DNA of 64,000 nt from an uncultured Chloroflexia bacterium (GCA_963784375.1 CAWAQY010000004.1:56825-120824); one strand, 5' to 3'; counted from the stretch's first letter, positions 10,408 to 20,687 are shown. Translations and numbers: made by a program. The notes: generated by a model not told the origin, from the letters alone.

Positions 10408-11403
10408 TTATAGAGCAGCGAATGAACAATTACTACACGATTCTATTGCTTTATAATTCTTGTTTACTATCAATCGTCTTATTCTGTTGAATTTATCTGA
10501 ATTCCATATTTCCCTCAAAGAAGATTCTTTTGCATTGCCAACAACTGTACTTCTATTCCAGTCGTTGCAGCAAATAATCACATCTCCATTGAAAAGGACG
10601 TTCATCTGGTAGAAAGGCATTTGACACCCTGCCCTGCGTTGAAGAGGTAATACTAAAGATCTACGAAGCCTGGAAAAATATCCTTTCGCATAGTAACCCT
10701 GATTAGACCTGAGGCTATCGTAATTGGGGAGGGTCCCTGCTCTGTTGGTTAGTTCCAGAACCCTGGTGGCGACCCCCATTTTATTCCAAAATCGCACTGC
10801 CTGGTATACCTCGTTCTGATTTTGCTCAGTGAATATAAAGGACAGTATTACTTTTTTTCTCATTTCTTTGTTTGATAAAAGGAAGCTTATGTTTCGCATA
10901 ACCTTCTCATAGTCCAGCCCGCAGTTGATGCGCTCGAACATTTCTTTGGAATATGCATTGAGGCTGACAATCAAACAATCAAGATTTGAGAGTAATATAT
11001 CAGTCAAAGTGAATCGATCCAGTAATTCTCCGTTAGTAACCAGTGTGGCTTCCTTGCCGGGGCTTTTTGATTTAAAGTATTTGATGAACTCAAAAGTCCT
11101 TTTATCGAGGAGTGGCTCATTGTGCAGTTCATACACAATTCCACACAGGAGCTGTTCCGGTATTGCTTCATCAACAATTTTACTGTGAAGATCCCGGGTC
11201 ATTGTCCCATGGACCAGGTTTTTGCTTATGCTATGATAAGGGCAAATTGAACACTGGCCATTGCATCCGGTTAGTGTTTGAATCTGTAATCTTAAAGGAA
11301 AATCCAGGCATTGGCCAGTTCTTTGAAATTTGAAATAAGTCCGGGCCAGGTAAAAATACAAAGGCAAATGCCAATATGCAAATGGATCTTTCTTGATTCT
11401 CAT
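10408..11403 (-). CDS. radical SAM / SPASM-domain protein
   Basis: A CNGQCSIC (CxxxCxxC) motif follows the N-terminal region. A C-terminal Cys-rich SPASM-like segment is present (GDVIICCNDW...CSNCSF). Confidence 0.75.
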   Translation of the reverse strand: MRIKKDPFAYWHLPLYFYLARTYFKFQRTGQCLDFPLRLQIQTLTGCNGQCSICPYHSISKNLVHGTMTRDLHSKIVDEAIPEQLLCGIVYELHNEPLLDKRTFEFIKYFKSKSPGKEATLVTNGELLDRFTLTDILLSNLDCLIVSLNAYSKEMFERINCGLDYEKVMRNISFLLSNKEMRKKVILSFIFTEQNQNEVYQAVRFWNKMGVATRVLELTNRAGTLPNYDSLRSNQGYYAKGYFSRLRRSLVLPLQRRAGCQMPFYQMNVLFNGDVIICCNDWNRSTVVGNAKESSLREIWNSDKFNRIRRLIVNKNYKAIESCSNCSFAAL

Positions 11404-11505
11404 TTTCCAATAGTATATATCTAATTCTGGCAGGGCGCGTATTCAGGCTATGATTGATTATCATGTGCAATGATGCTAGAATCAACGTACTGATAGGAAG
11501 TTACT

Positions 11506-11883
11506 ATGAGCGATGAAATGGGCATGATATACGACCAGGGAGGGCAAGCCAGGTTAATGATATTTCCTGACGGACGACTAATGGATTTCAGGGGTAGAAG
11601 CATTGGCTTCCTGGATTCGGGCAGTGTTTATGATTATAAAGGGAATCATTGCGGATGGTATGAAGAGGGAATTCTCAGGGACAAGAGCGGTGATTGTGCA
11701 GGATTTGGCGATGAGGTAGTTGATACATTACATCCCTCATTACCCCCAAAGAAGGTTAGATCTACACCCAGTCTGGTCGAAATAGAACCAAAGCGGCCGG
11801 AAATAAGAATAAATCCACCCCGGATTCGCCAAACAACTAACTGGTCTACCTGTTCCCCGATTTCATTGTTCTCTGAGCCTTAG
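11506..11883 (+). CDS. hypothetical protein
   Basis: It is an ORF in the intergenic region and no domain was recognised. Confidence 0.35.
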   Translation: MSDEMGMIYDQGGQARLMIFPDGRLMDFRGRSIGFLDSGSVYDYKGNHCGWYEEGILRDKSGDCAGFGDEVVDTLHPSLPPKKVRSTPSLVEIEPKRPEIRINPPRIRQTTNWSTCSPISLFSEP

Positions 11884-11946
11884 CAGCTCCATTTTCAGTT
11901 GACCTACAATGTTCTTGTCACTAATTTGGTATGGTAAATCAACAAT

Positions 11947-12141
11947 ATGAAAGGTACAAATCGTTTCAATATTAAAGCGGGTTTGAAGGTCTCAATAGTT
12001 TTGAAGGAAGACCAGCGCGCAGGAAAATTAACTGAAGGGATAGTTAAAGATATTCTGACTCATTCTTCCGATCACCCCTATGGTATCAAAGTCCGCCTGG
12101 AAAGCGGACAAATCGGCCGGGTGAAACAGATAATAATTTAA
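11947..12141 (+). CDS. ywbE: YwbE-family (DUF2196) small protein
   Basis: Sequence KVSIVLKEDQRAGKLTEGIVKDILT...GIKVRLESGQIGRV matches the YwbE family. Confidence 0.6.
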   Translation: MKGTNRFNIKAGLKVSIVLKEDQRAGKLTEGIVKDILTHSSDHPYGIKVRLESGQIGRVKQIII

Positions 12142-12170
12142 AACCATTCATATAGAGAAAGGCACGTTGA

Positions 12171-12623
12171 TTGTCTGCGATATTTGTCGATGCTGATTGC
12201 TGCCCGGTTAAACAGGAAATCTATCGAGTAGCCAAACGGTATGGATTAAAAGTGACTATGGTAGCTAACGCGCAGGTCAATGTACCCGGCGAAGATTGGC
12301 TCGAAATGGTTGTGGTGAGTGAACGTTTCGATGCGGCTGATGATTGGATAGTAGAGCATATTGCACGTGATGATATTGTAGTCTCCGGGGATATCCCGCT
12401 CGCTTCGCGATGCCTCAAAAAGGGAGCCCGGGTTGTAGGACCAAAGGGTCACGTTTTCACGAGGAGTTCCATCGGCAATACGCTGGCTAATCGGGATCTA
12501 ATGTCTCATTTGCGTGATATTGGAATAATGACCGGAGGCCCGGCTCCCTTCACCAAGAGGGACCATTCCCGCTTCCTGCGAAGCCTCGACGGGATCATCC
12601 AGGCCATCCGGAATGGGAAGTAG
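12171..12623 (+). CDS. yaiI: YaiI/YqgE-family protein (UPF0178, DUF188)
   Basis: It aligns along its full length with E. coli YaiI (IFVDADCCPVKQEIYRVAKRYGL...VANAQ...DIPLASRCLKKGA...RDHSRF). Confidence 0.7.
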   Translation: MSAIFVDADCCPVKQEIYRVAKRYGLKVTMVANAQVNVPGEDWLEMVVVSERFDAADDWIVEHIARDDIVVSGDIPLASRCLKKGARVVGPKGHVFTRSSIGNTLANRDLMSHLRDIGIMTGGPAPFTKRDHSRFLRSLDGIIQAIRNGK

Positions 12624-12752
12624 TCACTCCAACATTCATTTCAGTAGCCTGGTCTACCGGTCGCACTTTCTAACCGCACTTAACATAGGATTGCTCTTCT
12701 CAGTTCACATATCGCGACCGAAAAAACGACAAAATCTGCAGGCACATCATTT

Positions 12753-12763
12753 TGGTATATAAT
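12753..12763 (+). promoter_or_regulatory. putative extended -10 promoter element (TGgtaTATAAT) upstream of small ORF
   Basis: The sequence tttggtatataatga lies ~40 nt upstream of the RBS (aaaggag) and ATG at 12800. Confidence 0.3.
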
Positions 12764-12799
12764 GACATGACAGAGTGCAAAATAACAAAGGAGCTGAAA

Positions 12800-12979
12800 A
12801 TGGCAGAATTTGACTCGACAAAAATGGATAATGCAGCCAATGATGCATCGCTGGAGTTTGAAAAACTGATCGAAGCAAATCCAGATGGTGTTAAGGCTGT
12901 TCAAGATTGGGTAAAAAAATGGGTAGCGTCGGCCGGCTATAAGCGTCTTGGGAAGATCCTGGCCGAAAAATGGGAGTAG
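12800..12979 (+). CDS. small hypothetical protein (59 aa)
   Basis: The ATG at 12800 is preceded by aaaggagctgaaa. The longer track ORF from 12752 lacks an RBS. A hairpin plus T-tract follows at 12986-13011. Confidence 0.4.
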   Translation: MAEFDSTKMDNAANDASLEFEKLIEANPDGVKAVQDWVKKWVASAGYKRLGKILAEKWE

Positions 12980-12983
12980 GTTA

Positions 12984-13011
12984 TCGCAAGCGAATCTTGC
13001 TTCTCCTTTTT
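12984..13011 (+). terminator. putative intrinsic terminator (gcaag-cgaat-cttgc + ttctccttttt)
   Basis: A short stem-loop is followed by a T-rich run. Confidence 0.3.
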
Positions 13012-13067
13012 AACCGGTGGAATTACTAAGTAATTTAGTCTGATTTCGACCTTGGAACCGAGGCTCA

Positions 13068-13322
13068 ATGGCAAAGATTAAATTAGATTTGCATGACATT
13101 TTTAATAGAGGCATTAAAATTGATGCAGAACTTCACCGGGCTATAACGGAAGCTGTGGAGAGGAAGATAGATTTAGTGGAGATTATTCCCGGCAAGGGAT
13201 CAGGCCAATTAAAAAAACGAGTTTTACGCTTCCTGTCCCAGCCGGAGATCAAAATACTTTATCATCGTGTGGAGAAAGACGATAAGAATTTTGGCAGGAT
13301 TTTCGTACATTTCAAGCACTAG
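13068..13322 (+). CDS. Smr-domain protein
   Basis: The Smr signature is present (LDLHDIF...AITEAVERKIDLVEIIPGKGSGQLKKRV). Confidence 0.7.
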   Translation: MAKIKLDLHDIFNRGIKIDAELHRAITEAVERKIDLVEIIPGKGSGQLKKRVLRFLSQPEIKILYHRVEKDDKNFGRIFVHFKH

Positions 13323-13331
13323 ACCATCACT

Positions 13332-14090
13332 TCATAGATTATCTACAAAACGATCAATAAAAATCGTCATATTTTTCCTCGCCTGCCCGGCGTTTCTAGA
13401 GAGGTTGAATAATTTAATAAGATTCTGAGGATGTGTAGCCAAACGGGGAATTGCCAGTTTCCACTGTATGGCGCCATGGGAGTCTATAAAATCGATGGGC
13501 AAACTATCCCGGAGAGTGTCGGAAATCGCCCTGATAGCGATAAATGGAATCTGCCTGGCGAATGCAATTTGGGCGATCCAATAGTTTTCCATTTCCACGA
13601 CATCTGCACTGAAAGCGTTGAATAGAGCCTGTTTCTCCTCCTGGGTTGAGGCAGGTTTAGCCACGGTTACACTGCTTCCCTGGTAAAACCTGGTGGTTTG
13701 GCTTTGAATGGTTTGTTTGGCCAGAGCAATGAGAGAATCGTCTGAATTATAGTACTTACTTTTTGACGGTGTTGGTATTGCCTCATGCTCTCCAGCGCAA
13801 CAAAGCGTTACACAGATTACGATATCGCCAATCTTTAAGTGTTCGGTTAAAGCTCCGGCAAAACCAAGGGATATCAGGGCAGTTACCGGATAGTGGTCCA
13901 GAGCGAATCTCGTTGCCTCTTCTGCCTGATTTTTGCCTATTCCGGTTTGTACCAGCACAACATCTTTGTTTTTATAACTACCTTGGTAGAAATGACAGTC
14001 ATTCCAGCTGGATGTTTTATCGAGAACCATATGATTCCGGAGGTCTTTTATCTCCTCTTTTAAAGCTCCCATGATGATTAGCATCAACAA
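13332..14090 (-). CDS. PNP_UDP_1-family nucleosidase (MTA/SAH nucleosidase or futalosine-hydrolase-like)
   Basis: It aligns with MTAN (IIMGALKEE ~ IIGAMEEE; TGIGK; VEMEN; AIRAISD). Confidence 0.65.
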   Translation of the reverse strand: MLMLIIMGALKEEIKDLRNHMVLDKTSSWNDCHFYQGSYKNKDVVLVQTGIGKNQAEEATRFALDHYPVTALISLGFAGALTEHLKIGDIVICVTLCCAGEHEAIPTPSKSKYYNSDDSLIALAKQTIQSQTTRFYQGSSVTVAKPASTQEEKQALFNAFSADVVEMENYWIAQIAFARQIPFIAIRAISDTLRDSLPIDFIDSHGAIQWKLAIPRLATHPQNLIKLFNLSRNAGQARKNMTIFIDRFVDNL

Positions 14091-14368
14091 TATCCTTTAA
14101 AAAATGTAGTGATTATTAAAAAATGCTCTTTTCAATTTACCTAGTCCGATTGAAATTGAAGCAATCTTTCCTATTATAGCCTTTTCGATGAATTATGTGT
14201 TGTACTTCACCTGAAATCCACATTTCCTTTTCCTGAAAGATGTCACACAACCGGGCTGAATTGAAATAATCTAGTTACGTGCTTGACTACCCGGCTAAAT
14301 TGTTACTATTATGCAAGGGACATAGAGATAATTTTTTCCTGCCGAACAGGATTTCGAAAGGGAGACAA

Positions 14369-14900
14369 ATGAAACCGAGGTTCTATTTTGGTTTACTATT
14401 CCTTTTATGTAGCGGATTGCCGTTGATAACTGGATGTGCAGCTAAATATAGTTTGTCTATAGCGCCGACCCCTGACCGGGGAGGAAATATAATTTTGTCG
14501 CCCACCGTACCCGAATATAATTCGGGTACGCATGTCACGCGCAACTGCCCAACCCTTACCAGGTTGGCGGTTCAGTCACTGGAGTGGCGCAGTCGAAAAA
14601 GAATCTGGCAACAAAGTCTCCGTGTTGATGGACAAGGACAAGACCATCACCGCATATTTCGTAAAAACCTATTCACTATCGGTGACTACCGATCCTAAAG
14701 GGGCCGGATTACTTTCTGCGGGGAGCGGCGATTATGATATGGATACCGAAGTCGTTATTGATGTTCAACCTTACTTTGGCTGGCGCTTCGATAAATGGGG
14801 TGGTGATGTTTCAAGTACCAACAATCAAATCATAGTCAGGATGACTGGCGATAAAAAGATAATCGCTTACCTCATTAAAGATGAAGCAGATCAGCGTTAG
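14369..14900 (+). CDS. lipoprotein with two divergent InlB B-repeat (Listeria-Bacteroides repeat) domains; frameshifted ~14540
   Basis: A signal peptide with a lipobox is present (LPLITGCAA). Repeats GWRFSHWSG...ITAYFVK and GWRFDKWGG...IIAYLIKD are present. There are two overlapping ORF pieces. Confidence 0.65.
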
Positions 14901-15256
14901 TGTGATGGTTTTTCTAATCGCTCATCGAAAATGCCTTTTGCTGCCAGGAGATATTTCTTTAATTTTTGCTGATGTCAGTTGAATTCTGCTTGCGATAAAA
15001 GTTGCGTCCTTTACCAAGGTTTAGGAGATAAGAAAAGTGAGTGAAACCATTTGAGTAGGGTATCAAAATCCACAAAAATCTATGTAGCACTTGTTGTAGT
15101 TCTGGCAATTTCGAATGCGGTACAAGTCCTTTTGCCTTCCAACCCGAGCCTTGTGCCGGCTGCATCGCTTCCTGTATCCTATACCGGTTATGGCATTGGT
15201 GACCGCTGTCAATAGCTTTTGTCCCATACGGAGCTCTTGGCTTCATCGGGCTTACA

Positions 15257-15805
15257 TTGGCACGGAGGCTGGGATTCAGTTCCATCTGGAGTCCCGCAGT
15301 AAGTAACCGGCAGAGGTTTTTAGCTCCGGGCGCCATTGGGGTAGTGCTGGGGTTGTTTATAATTGTATCGGACGTCATATTCAGTGGGTTCAATGGAGTC
15401 GGCAGATTACAGCATCCGGCCTTTCCATCATCAATCTTTGCATCATTGAGCGCAGGGATTGGCGAAGAGATTTTGTTCCGTCTCTTTTTCATTTCCTTTT
15501 GGGTCTGGCTGATATCCAGCGTGATCCTGAGGGGGAAAGGACGTAATCAGGTTTTCTGGATTATCACCATCATTTCTGCTCTGGCCTTCGCCATTGGGCA
15601 TATCCCGGCTTTGATGGTGCTTTATAATTACACATCTTTCGATCAGATAACCCCGGCCCTCCTCGCTGAAATCGTGCTTCTTAACGGGTTAATTTCGATT
15701 TTTGCCGCCTACTACATGAGGAAATACGGGTTTCTGGCAGCGGCAGGAATCCACTTCTGGACAGATATTGTATGGCACGTGATATGGGGAGCCTTATCCC
15801 TTTGA
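15257..15805 (+). CDS. CPBP-family intramembrane metalloprotease (CAAX protease-like); N-terminus probably further upstream in other frames
   Basis: The CPBP motifs are present (GIGEEILFR, FAIGHI, FWTDIVWH). TM-like segments in shifted frames at 15050-15300 suggest additional frameshifts. Confidence 0.7.
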   Translation: MARRLGFSSIWSPAVSNRQRFLAPGAIGVVLGLFIIVSDVIFSGFNGVGRLQHPAFPSSIFASLSAGIGEEILFRLFFISFWVWLISSVILRGKGRNQVFWIITIISALAFAIGHIPALMVLYNYTSFDQITPALLAEIVLLNGLISIFAAYYMRKYGFLAAAGIHFWTDIVWHVIWGALSL

Positions 15806-15936
15806 TTCAAAGCAGACTACTATTGGTCATCTTGTTATAGTTATTTTAGATTTTAGCTGGGCTTTTTATTATTATTTTTGAGTTCAGTCATATACTTAAT
15901 GCGACAGGGATTGTTCACTAACAAAAGGAGTTTTGG

Positions 15937-16950
15937 TTGGTCTGGCTGAAATTCATCATTTGCCTGAGTGTGATAATAGTTGCCGGGAGCAAACTTGCGA
16001 AATACGGCGATATCCTCTCAGACAAAACCGGATTAGGTCGCGCCTGGGTAGGGATGGTTCTTCTGGCAGCGGTTACGTCCCTTCCTGAACTGGCTACTGG
16101 AGTAAGTTCCGTAGCTATTGTAGACAGACCAAATCTCACTGTAGGTGACTTGTTCGGTGCCAACATGTTCAATCTGGCAGCGATAGCAATTATAGATATT
16201 GTCTATCGCAGCGGGCCTGTACTGCGATATGTAGGCACCAGCATTATACTTAGCACCGCAGGTGGGATTTTTATCATCGCTATGTCGGCTGCGTTTCTGT
16301 ATCTGGCTCATAACAATATGCAATTCAGCTTGTTCAATTATATCGGGATTTACTCTCCGGTCCTTTTGTTGCTTTATCTTGCAATGCAATACATTCTATT
16401 TCGTTTTGCGAGAAAGCAACCACTCGAAAAAAGCGCGCAGCCATCAGTGGGCAACCAATTTAATTCACGAAAAGTTTATGTTTATTTTGCACTTGCGGCA
16501 GTGGCAGTGATTGCCAGCGGCACATGGTTGGCATTTATCGGTGAGGAGATAGCCGGTGTAACCGGGATCAGGTACAGCGTAGTGGGCACTCTGTTTCTAG
16601 CTCTTGCCACTACCGCACCTGAATTGACGGTATCTATCTCGGCTATTCGGCTCGGGTTCCCTGACCTGGCAGTCGGCAATCTGGTTGGCAGCAGTTTGTT
16701 CAATATGGGTGTTGTAATCTTTGTCGACGACCTGTTCTACACCAAAGGACCTTTACTTTCAGCTGTAAGCACAGAGCATATTTTTACCGCGTTTGTTGCC
16801 GTTATGATGAGCTGTATAGTGATTATTACTCTGATCTTTCGTCCTAATCAACCGTTCCGACGAATCTGGATTGGTGTAGATGCCATTTTGCTTTTGATTC
16901 TCTTTATCGGAGCATATATTGTGTTATTCAACCTCGGTCAAACTTCTTAG
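15937..16950 (+). CDS. Ca2+/cation antiporter (CaCA family, YrbG-like)
   Basis: Two alpha-repeats carry GTSLPE-like motifs (TSLPELATGV...GDLFGANMFN and TTAPELTVSI...GNLVGSSLFN). Confidence 0.8.
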   Translation: MVWLKFIICLSVIIVAGSKLAKYGDILSDKTGLGRAWVGMVLLAAVTSLPELATGVSSVAIVDRPNLTVGDLFGANMFNLAAIAIIDIVYRSGPVLRYVGTSIILSTAGGIFIIAMSAAFLYLAHNNMQFSLFNYIGIYSPVLLLLYLAMQYILFRFARKQPLEKSAQPSVGNQFNSRKVYVYFALAAVAVIASGTWLAFIGEEIAGVTGIRYSVVGTLFLALATTAPELTVSISAIRLGFPDLAVGNLVGSSLFNMGVVIFVDDLFYTKGPLLSAVSTEHIFTAFVAVMMSCIVIITLIFRPNQPFRRIWIGVDAILLLILFIGAYIVLFNLGQTS

Positions 16951-17089
16951 CGAATAAGGAATATGTCGTAAGATAAATTATAGCTGGAAGATGAATTCAG
17001 AAAGGCAGAAGTCGAGAAAATGGGCCTTCAACTTTTCGGGAGATAAGAGAAATCGCGAAGGAACAAAAATTTATTTATCGAGTGTGAGT

Positions 17090-17605
17090 TTATTTTGCAA
17101 GCGCAATTTCTACCGCTTCATCAACTCTTCCCGAGTATTGATTCTGCGCTTTGTCGTAAATGAAGGCCTGAGTTATTGTTTCTTTGCCTGCGCTCAAAGT
17201 TGATTTTAATTCTTCAAACGGAAAGAAATAAGTAGATCGTTTTCTCCCCGGCACTATTACTGGCAGCCGTGAACTTATGAATTCGGAAAAGACCCGTCTA
17301 TTGTAATTTGTTAAGAACCAGGCTTTCTGCACGTTAATGGTAGGGCTGCTTTCATTGACAATCGTGAACGCAAGCAATTGCTTACTTTCCGGATCAGATT
17401 TGATCGGCTGAGGGACAAGCTGAACTCTGACCTTTGCATAGGGTTTCCCTAATGCTGCAGAATATGCTTTGACAAACGCGTCCCCGATATCCAGCATAAT
17501 CCGAGATGGATCCATGGCTGATAATTGTACCATAATGCTGCGGAAGATGCACCAAGTCGAAATAAATCCGTTGGCTGAGCTTGTCGAAGCCATATTCAGT
17601 TGCAT
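17090..17605 (-). CDS. hypothetical protein
   Basis: It is a 171-aa ORF between convergent neighbours and no domain was recognised. Confidence 0.35.
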   Translation of the reverse strand: MQLNMASTSSANGFISTWCIFRSIMVQLSAMDPSRIMLDIGDAFVKAYSAALGKPYAKVRVQLVPQPIKSDPESKQLLAFTIVNESSPTINVQKAWFLTNYNRRVFSEFISSRLPVIVPGRKRSTYFFPFEELKSTLSAGKETITQAFIYDKAQNQYSGRVDEAVEIALAK

Positions 17606-17743
17606 ATGTCATCTATTTAGGCGTTATAATTATTTTAGGAATCCGGGGGTTTTATCACAATATCTGATTCTTTTGATCTACAGTGCGGAGACACAGGTTC
17701 GATTCTTTCTGAAAAATCTTGTTTTTGATGGTGAGGTGACAAC

Positions 17744-18850
17744 ATGGACTTCATTTCAATAGCCCGGCAAGCTCTGGTAACTGAAAAGTTTGCTGCCGCC
17801 ATCTACTCATACCTGGCGGAAAAATATAAAAATACAGCAACCGGCAAGGCTTTCAGCGAAGTATCCGAAATGGAGCGAAGACATATTTCTTTCTGGTCGG
17901 ATTTTTTGCAAAAAAGAGGCATTGATACCTCGTCAATCGGATATAGTTCTATAAATTTTATTCTCAATAAGCTTCTATTGAGAATTATCGGCAAGTCGCT
18001 CACCTTGCGCATCATGGAAAATGGGGAAAATCAAGCCGTAGACCTTTATAGTTCAATACTTGAAGAGCATGGACTCAGCGATGAAGAAAGGAAAAAATTG
18101 ACCGGTGTCATTGCCGATGAACTTGTCCATGAAGACATATTAATAGACGAACAAACGAACTTGGGGAGTTTGACTGCGTATATCAAGGATGCTGTCCTTG
18201 GCGTCAGTGATGGCCTCGTGGAAATACTCTCGGTGACAACGGGATTAGCCGGTGCCACCGGATCGCCTTTGGCAGTAGCTATAAGCGGCCTGGTGGTAGC
18301 AGTTGCCGGCGGTGTATCGATGGGAATCAGCACTTTTGCCAGCACCCGTTCTCAAAGACAGGTCCATGAAGGAACTTTAAAAAGACTGGTCTCCGCTTCA
18401 AAATTTGTGGGAAACGTTTTTAAACAAAGGGTGCTGGATTATCTTGTTAAAATGGGTTATAGCAATAAATTATCTAAAGAAATGGCGGAAGAGACAGCGC
18501 AGAATACCCGCCTTCTTTCCAGTACCGTTGCTGAGCAAGAATACGGTCTCAAAGAAGAGAATCTAGGCGACCCAACAAAGGCCGCACTTTATGGTGGATT
18601 TTCTAACTTAATAGCTGGGCTTATACCTCTGGCTCCTTATTTTTTCATACCGGATATCACCAGAGCAGTAATAGTTTCGCTTTTCCTGGCCATTATGTCT
18701 CTGGCAATCACAGGATTTTTTGTATCCGTCATTGCCTACGTGCCGCCGGGGAAGAAGGTAGTAGAGATGATTGTAACGGGAGTTGTGTCTGCAGCCATAA
18801 CCTATGGCATCGGCAGAATAGCCTCAGTCTTTCTGGGAGCGAATGTTTGA
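17744..18850 (+). CDS. ferritin-like/rubrerythrin domain fused to VIT1/CCC1-family metal (Fe/Mn) transporter
   Basis: The N-terminus is ferritin-like (FAAAIYSYLAE...EMERRHISFW). The C-terminus is a VIT1 membrane domain (AVLGVSDGLVEILSVTTGLAGA...). Confidence 0.8.
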   Translation: MDFISIARQALVTEKFAAAIYSYLAEKYKNTATGKAFSEVSEMERRHISFWSDFLQKRGIDTSSIGYSSINFILNKLLLRIIGKSLTLRIMENGENQAVDLYSSILEEHGLSDEERKKLTGVIADELVHEDILIDEQTNLGSLTAYIKDAVLGVSDGLVEILSVTTGLAGATGSPLAVAISGLVVAVAGGVSMGISTFASTRSQRQVHEGTLKRLVSASKFVGNVFKQRVLDYLVKMGYSNKLSKEMAEETAQNTRLLSSTVAEQEYGLKEENLGDPTKAALYGGFSNLIAGLIPLAPYFFIPDITRAVIVSLFLAIMSLAITGFFVSVIAYVPPGKKVVEMIVTGVVSAAITYGIGRIASVFLGANV

Positions 18851-18881
18851 TATTTAAGCAAATATCTACATAAAAAGAGAA

Positions 18882-18912
18882 GGCTGGATGATTATCATCC
18901 AGCCTTCTCTTT
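18882..18912 (+). terminator. Rho-independent terminator
   Basis: A perfect 10-bp stem (ggctggatga / tcatccagcc) with a 3-nt loop is followed by ttctcttt. Confidence 0.6.
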
Positions 18913-19061
18913 AATGGAGGGAGGTTTAAGTAATAATGTTTCTGGTATCCTGATCGCTAGTTATTAGTGTAGCAAGAGTTTGTGTGAACGATGTGGGGGA
19001 AATATGAAATAGTTATGAAGATTAATAATTCCTGATATACTAGAACAAAAAGAGGTGACAA

Positions 19062-19274
19062 ATGGACCTGTTAAATTCGATTTATCCTTGGATGGCAATA
19101 ATTATTCCCATCTTTCTGGCATGGACTTTACCCTGGAAAGCCGTGGCTTTGTGGAAGGCAGCCCGCAACAGACAGCTGGTGTGGTTTATCGTTCTGTTTC
19201 TGGTGAATACGCTGGCAATTCTTGAGATCATCTATATATTTGCCTTCAGCAAGAAGAAGACAGATAACGCCTAG
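19062..19274 (+). CDS. small membrane protein (2 TM)
   Basis: An RBS (agaggtg) precedes the start. The protein is hydrophobic and 70 aa long. Confidence 0.4.
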   Translation: MDLLNSIYPWMAIIIPIFLAWTLPWKAVALWKAARNRQLVWFIVLFLVNTLAILEIIYIFAFSKKKTDNA

Positions 19275-19309
19275 GATGGAATTGCGCTCAAGATTGTTTG
19301 CTGGGATTA

Positions 19310-20687
19310 CTAGCTTTTAACTAATTTACCCCTGGCGGCAGATATACAGACGCAGCAGAGGCAGAGCCCTGAAAATAGTATAAATGCCATTTTTATACTT
19401 TCCACGAAGGCAGAATAGTATTCCGGTGTCACCTGCGCCGTGCCCATGTAAAGGGAAAACAGCAGCAGGACAATACCCATACTCAATGTCATTCCTATGT
19501 TCCTGGTGGTCACGTCCATGGAAGCAACGACGCCAAAATATTTCCTTTCCACCGAGCTCATCACGGCATTGGTATTCGGGGCAGTAAACAATCCGTGACC
19601 GGCACCGATCAACATCGTGCTGACTATGATCACGGGCAGAGCAGCGTCTGTAATCCCCGCAACCAGGAGCAGCAACCCCACCAGCACTATGCCAATGCCG
19701 ATTGATACGATTACCCTGGGCTGAACCCGGTCGGAAAGTCTGCCTGCAAATGGAGAGAGGATCGCCTGGGAAATGGGCTGCGCTACCAGGACAAATCCGG
19801 CATCCTGGGGGTTGAATCCCTTGATATACTGCAAATAGAGGCTCAGCAACAACGGGATGGCATAGACCGAGCAATAGTAAATCAATTGGGTTAAGTTAGA
19901 AAATGCAAACAACCTGCTCCCGGTCAATAAATGGATATTGAGAATCGGGCTCTCAGTTTTCAATTCCCAGACTCACAAATACCGCTAATACCATGATACC
20001 CAGCGCAATAATCCAGGGCCCCCAGGCTGAGAGAAGTGAAGAAAACCCGTACATGATGCAAAATAATGTAATGCAAAAGAGCCCTGCGCCGACAATATCG
20101 AAATGCTCGCCTTTAGCCTCCGCCCATCTCCCTTTCACCCTGGAAAATATCATAATCAGGGACGGCAATTGAAAAATAAAGTAAAACAGGAAAACGCTTC
20201 TCCATCCCAGGTTCTGGGTGAGTACTCCTGCCACAGTAGGCCCGATTGAAAAACCCAGGGACACCATGGCGGCATTAATTCCCAGCACCTTTCCCCTCTC
20301 AGCAGCAGGGTATCCCGATGTGAGCATAGCGATAGCATTGCTGTAGGCTACGGCAAGACCTACTCCCTGCAGTACCCTGGCTATAATCAACATCCAAAAT
20401 GACGTTGATAAAGCCGATAAAAGTGCTGATGCCGTGGAAACGACCAGGCCTGCGATAAATAACCTCTTTATCCCCCAGACATCAGCCAGCCGTCCCAGAG
20501 GGAGTAAGAAAATGGCTGAAGATAGCCCGAATGCCTGAGATACCCAGCCCAGCTCTACGGCATTCATGGATAGCTCAATGCCCATCGCCGGCAAGGCAAC
20601 ATTAACACCGGTCACAATAACTGGACCTGTCAATGATGTTATTATGGAAATAACCAGGATGTAGTGTTTATCTCGATTTTCTGACAT
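19310..20687 (-). CDS. MFS transporter (DHA-type); frameshifted ~19960
   Basis: The N-terminal piece has ...LPAMGIELSMNAVELGW...PLGRLADVWGIKR. The C-terminal piece is in another frame. It is a paralog of 29442-30838. Confidence 0.75.

Noticed and set aside
19326-19874. 182-aa Cys/Arg/His-rich ORF
   Set aside because: It is an alternative frame of the MFS transporter gene with biased composition. It is not a real CDS.
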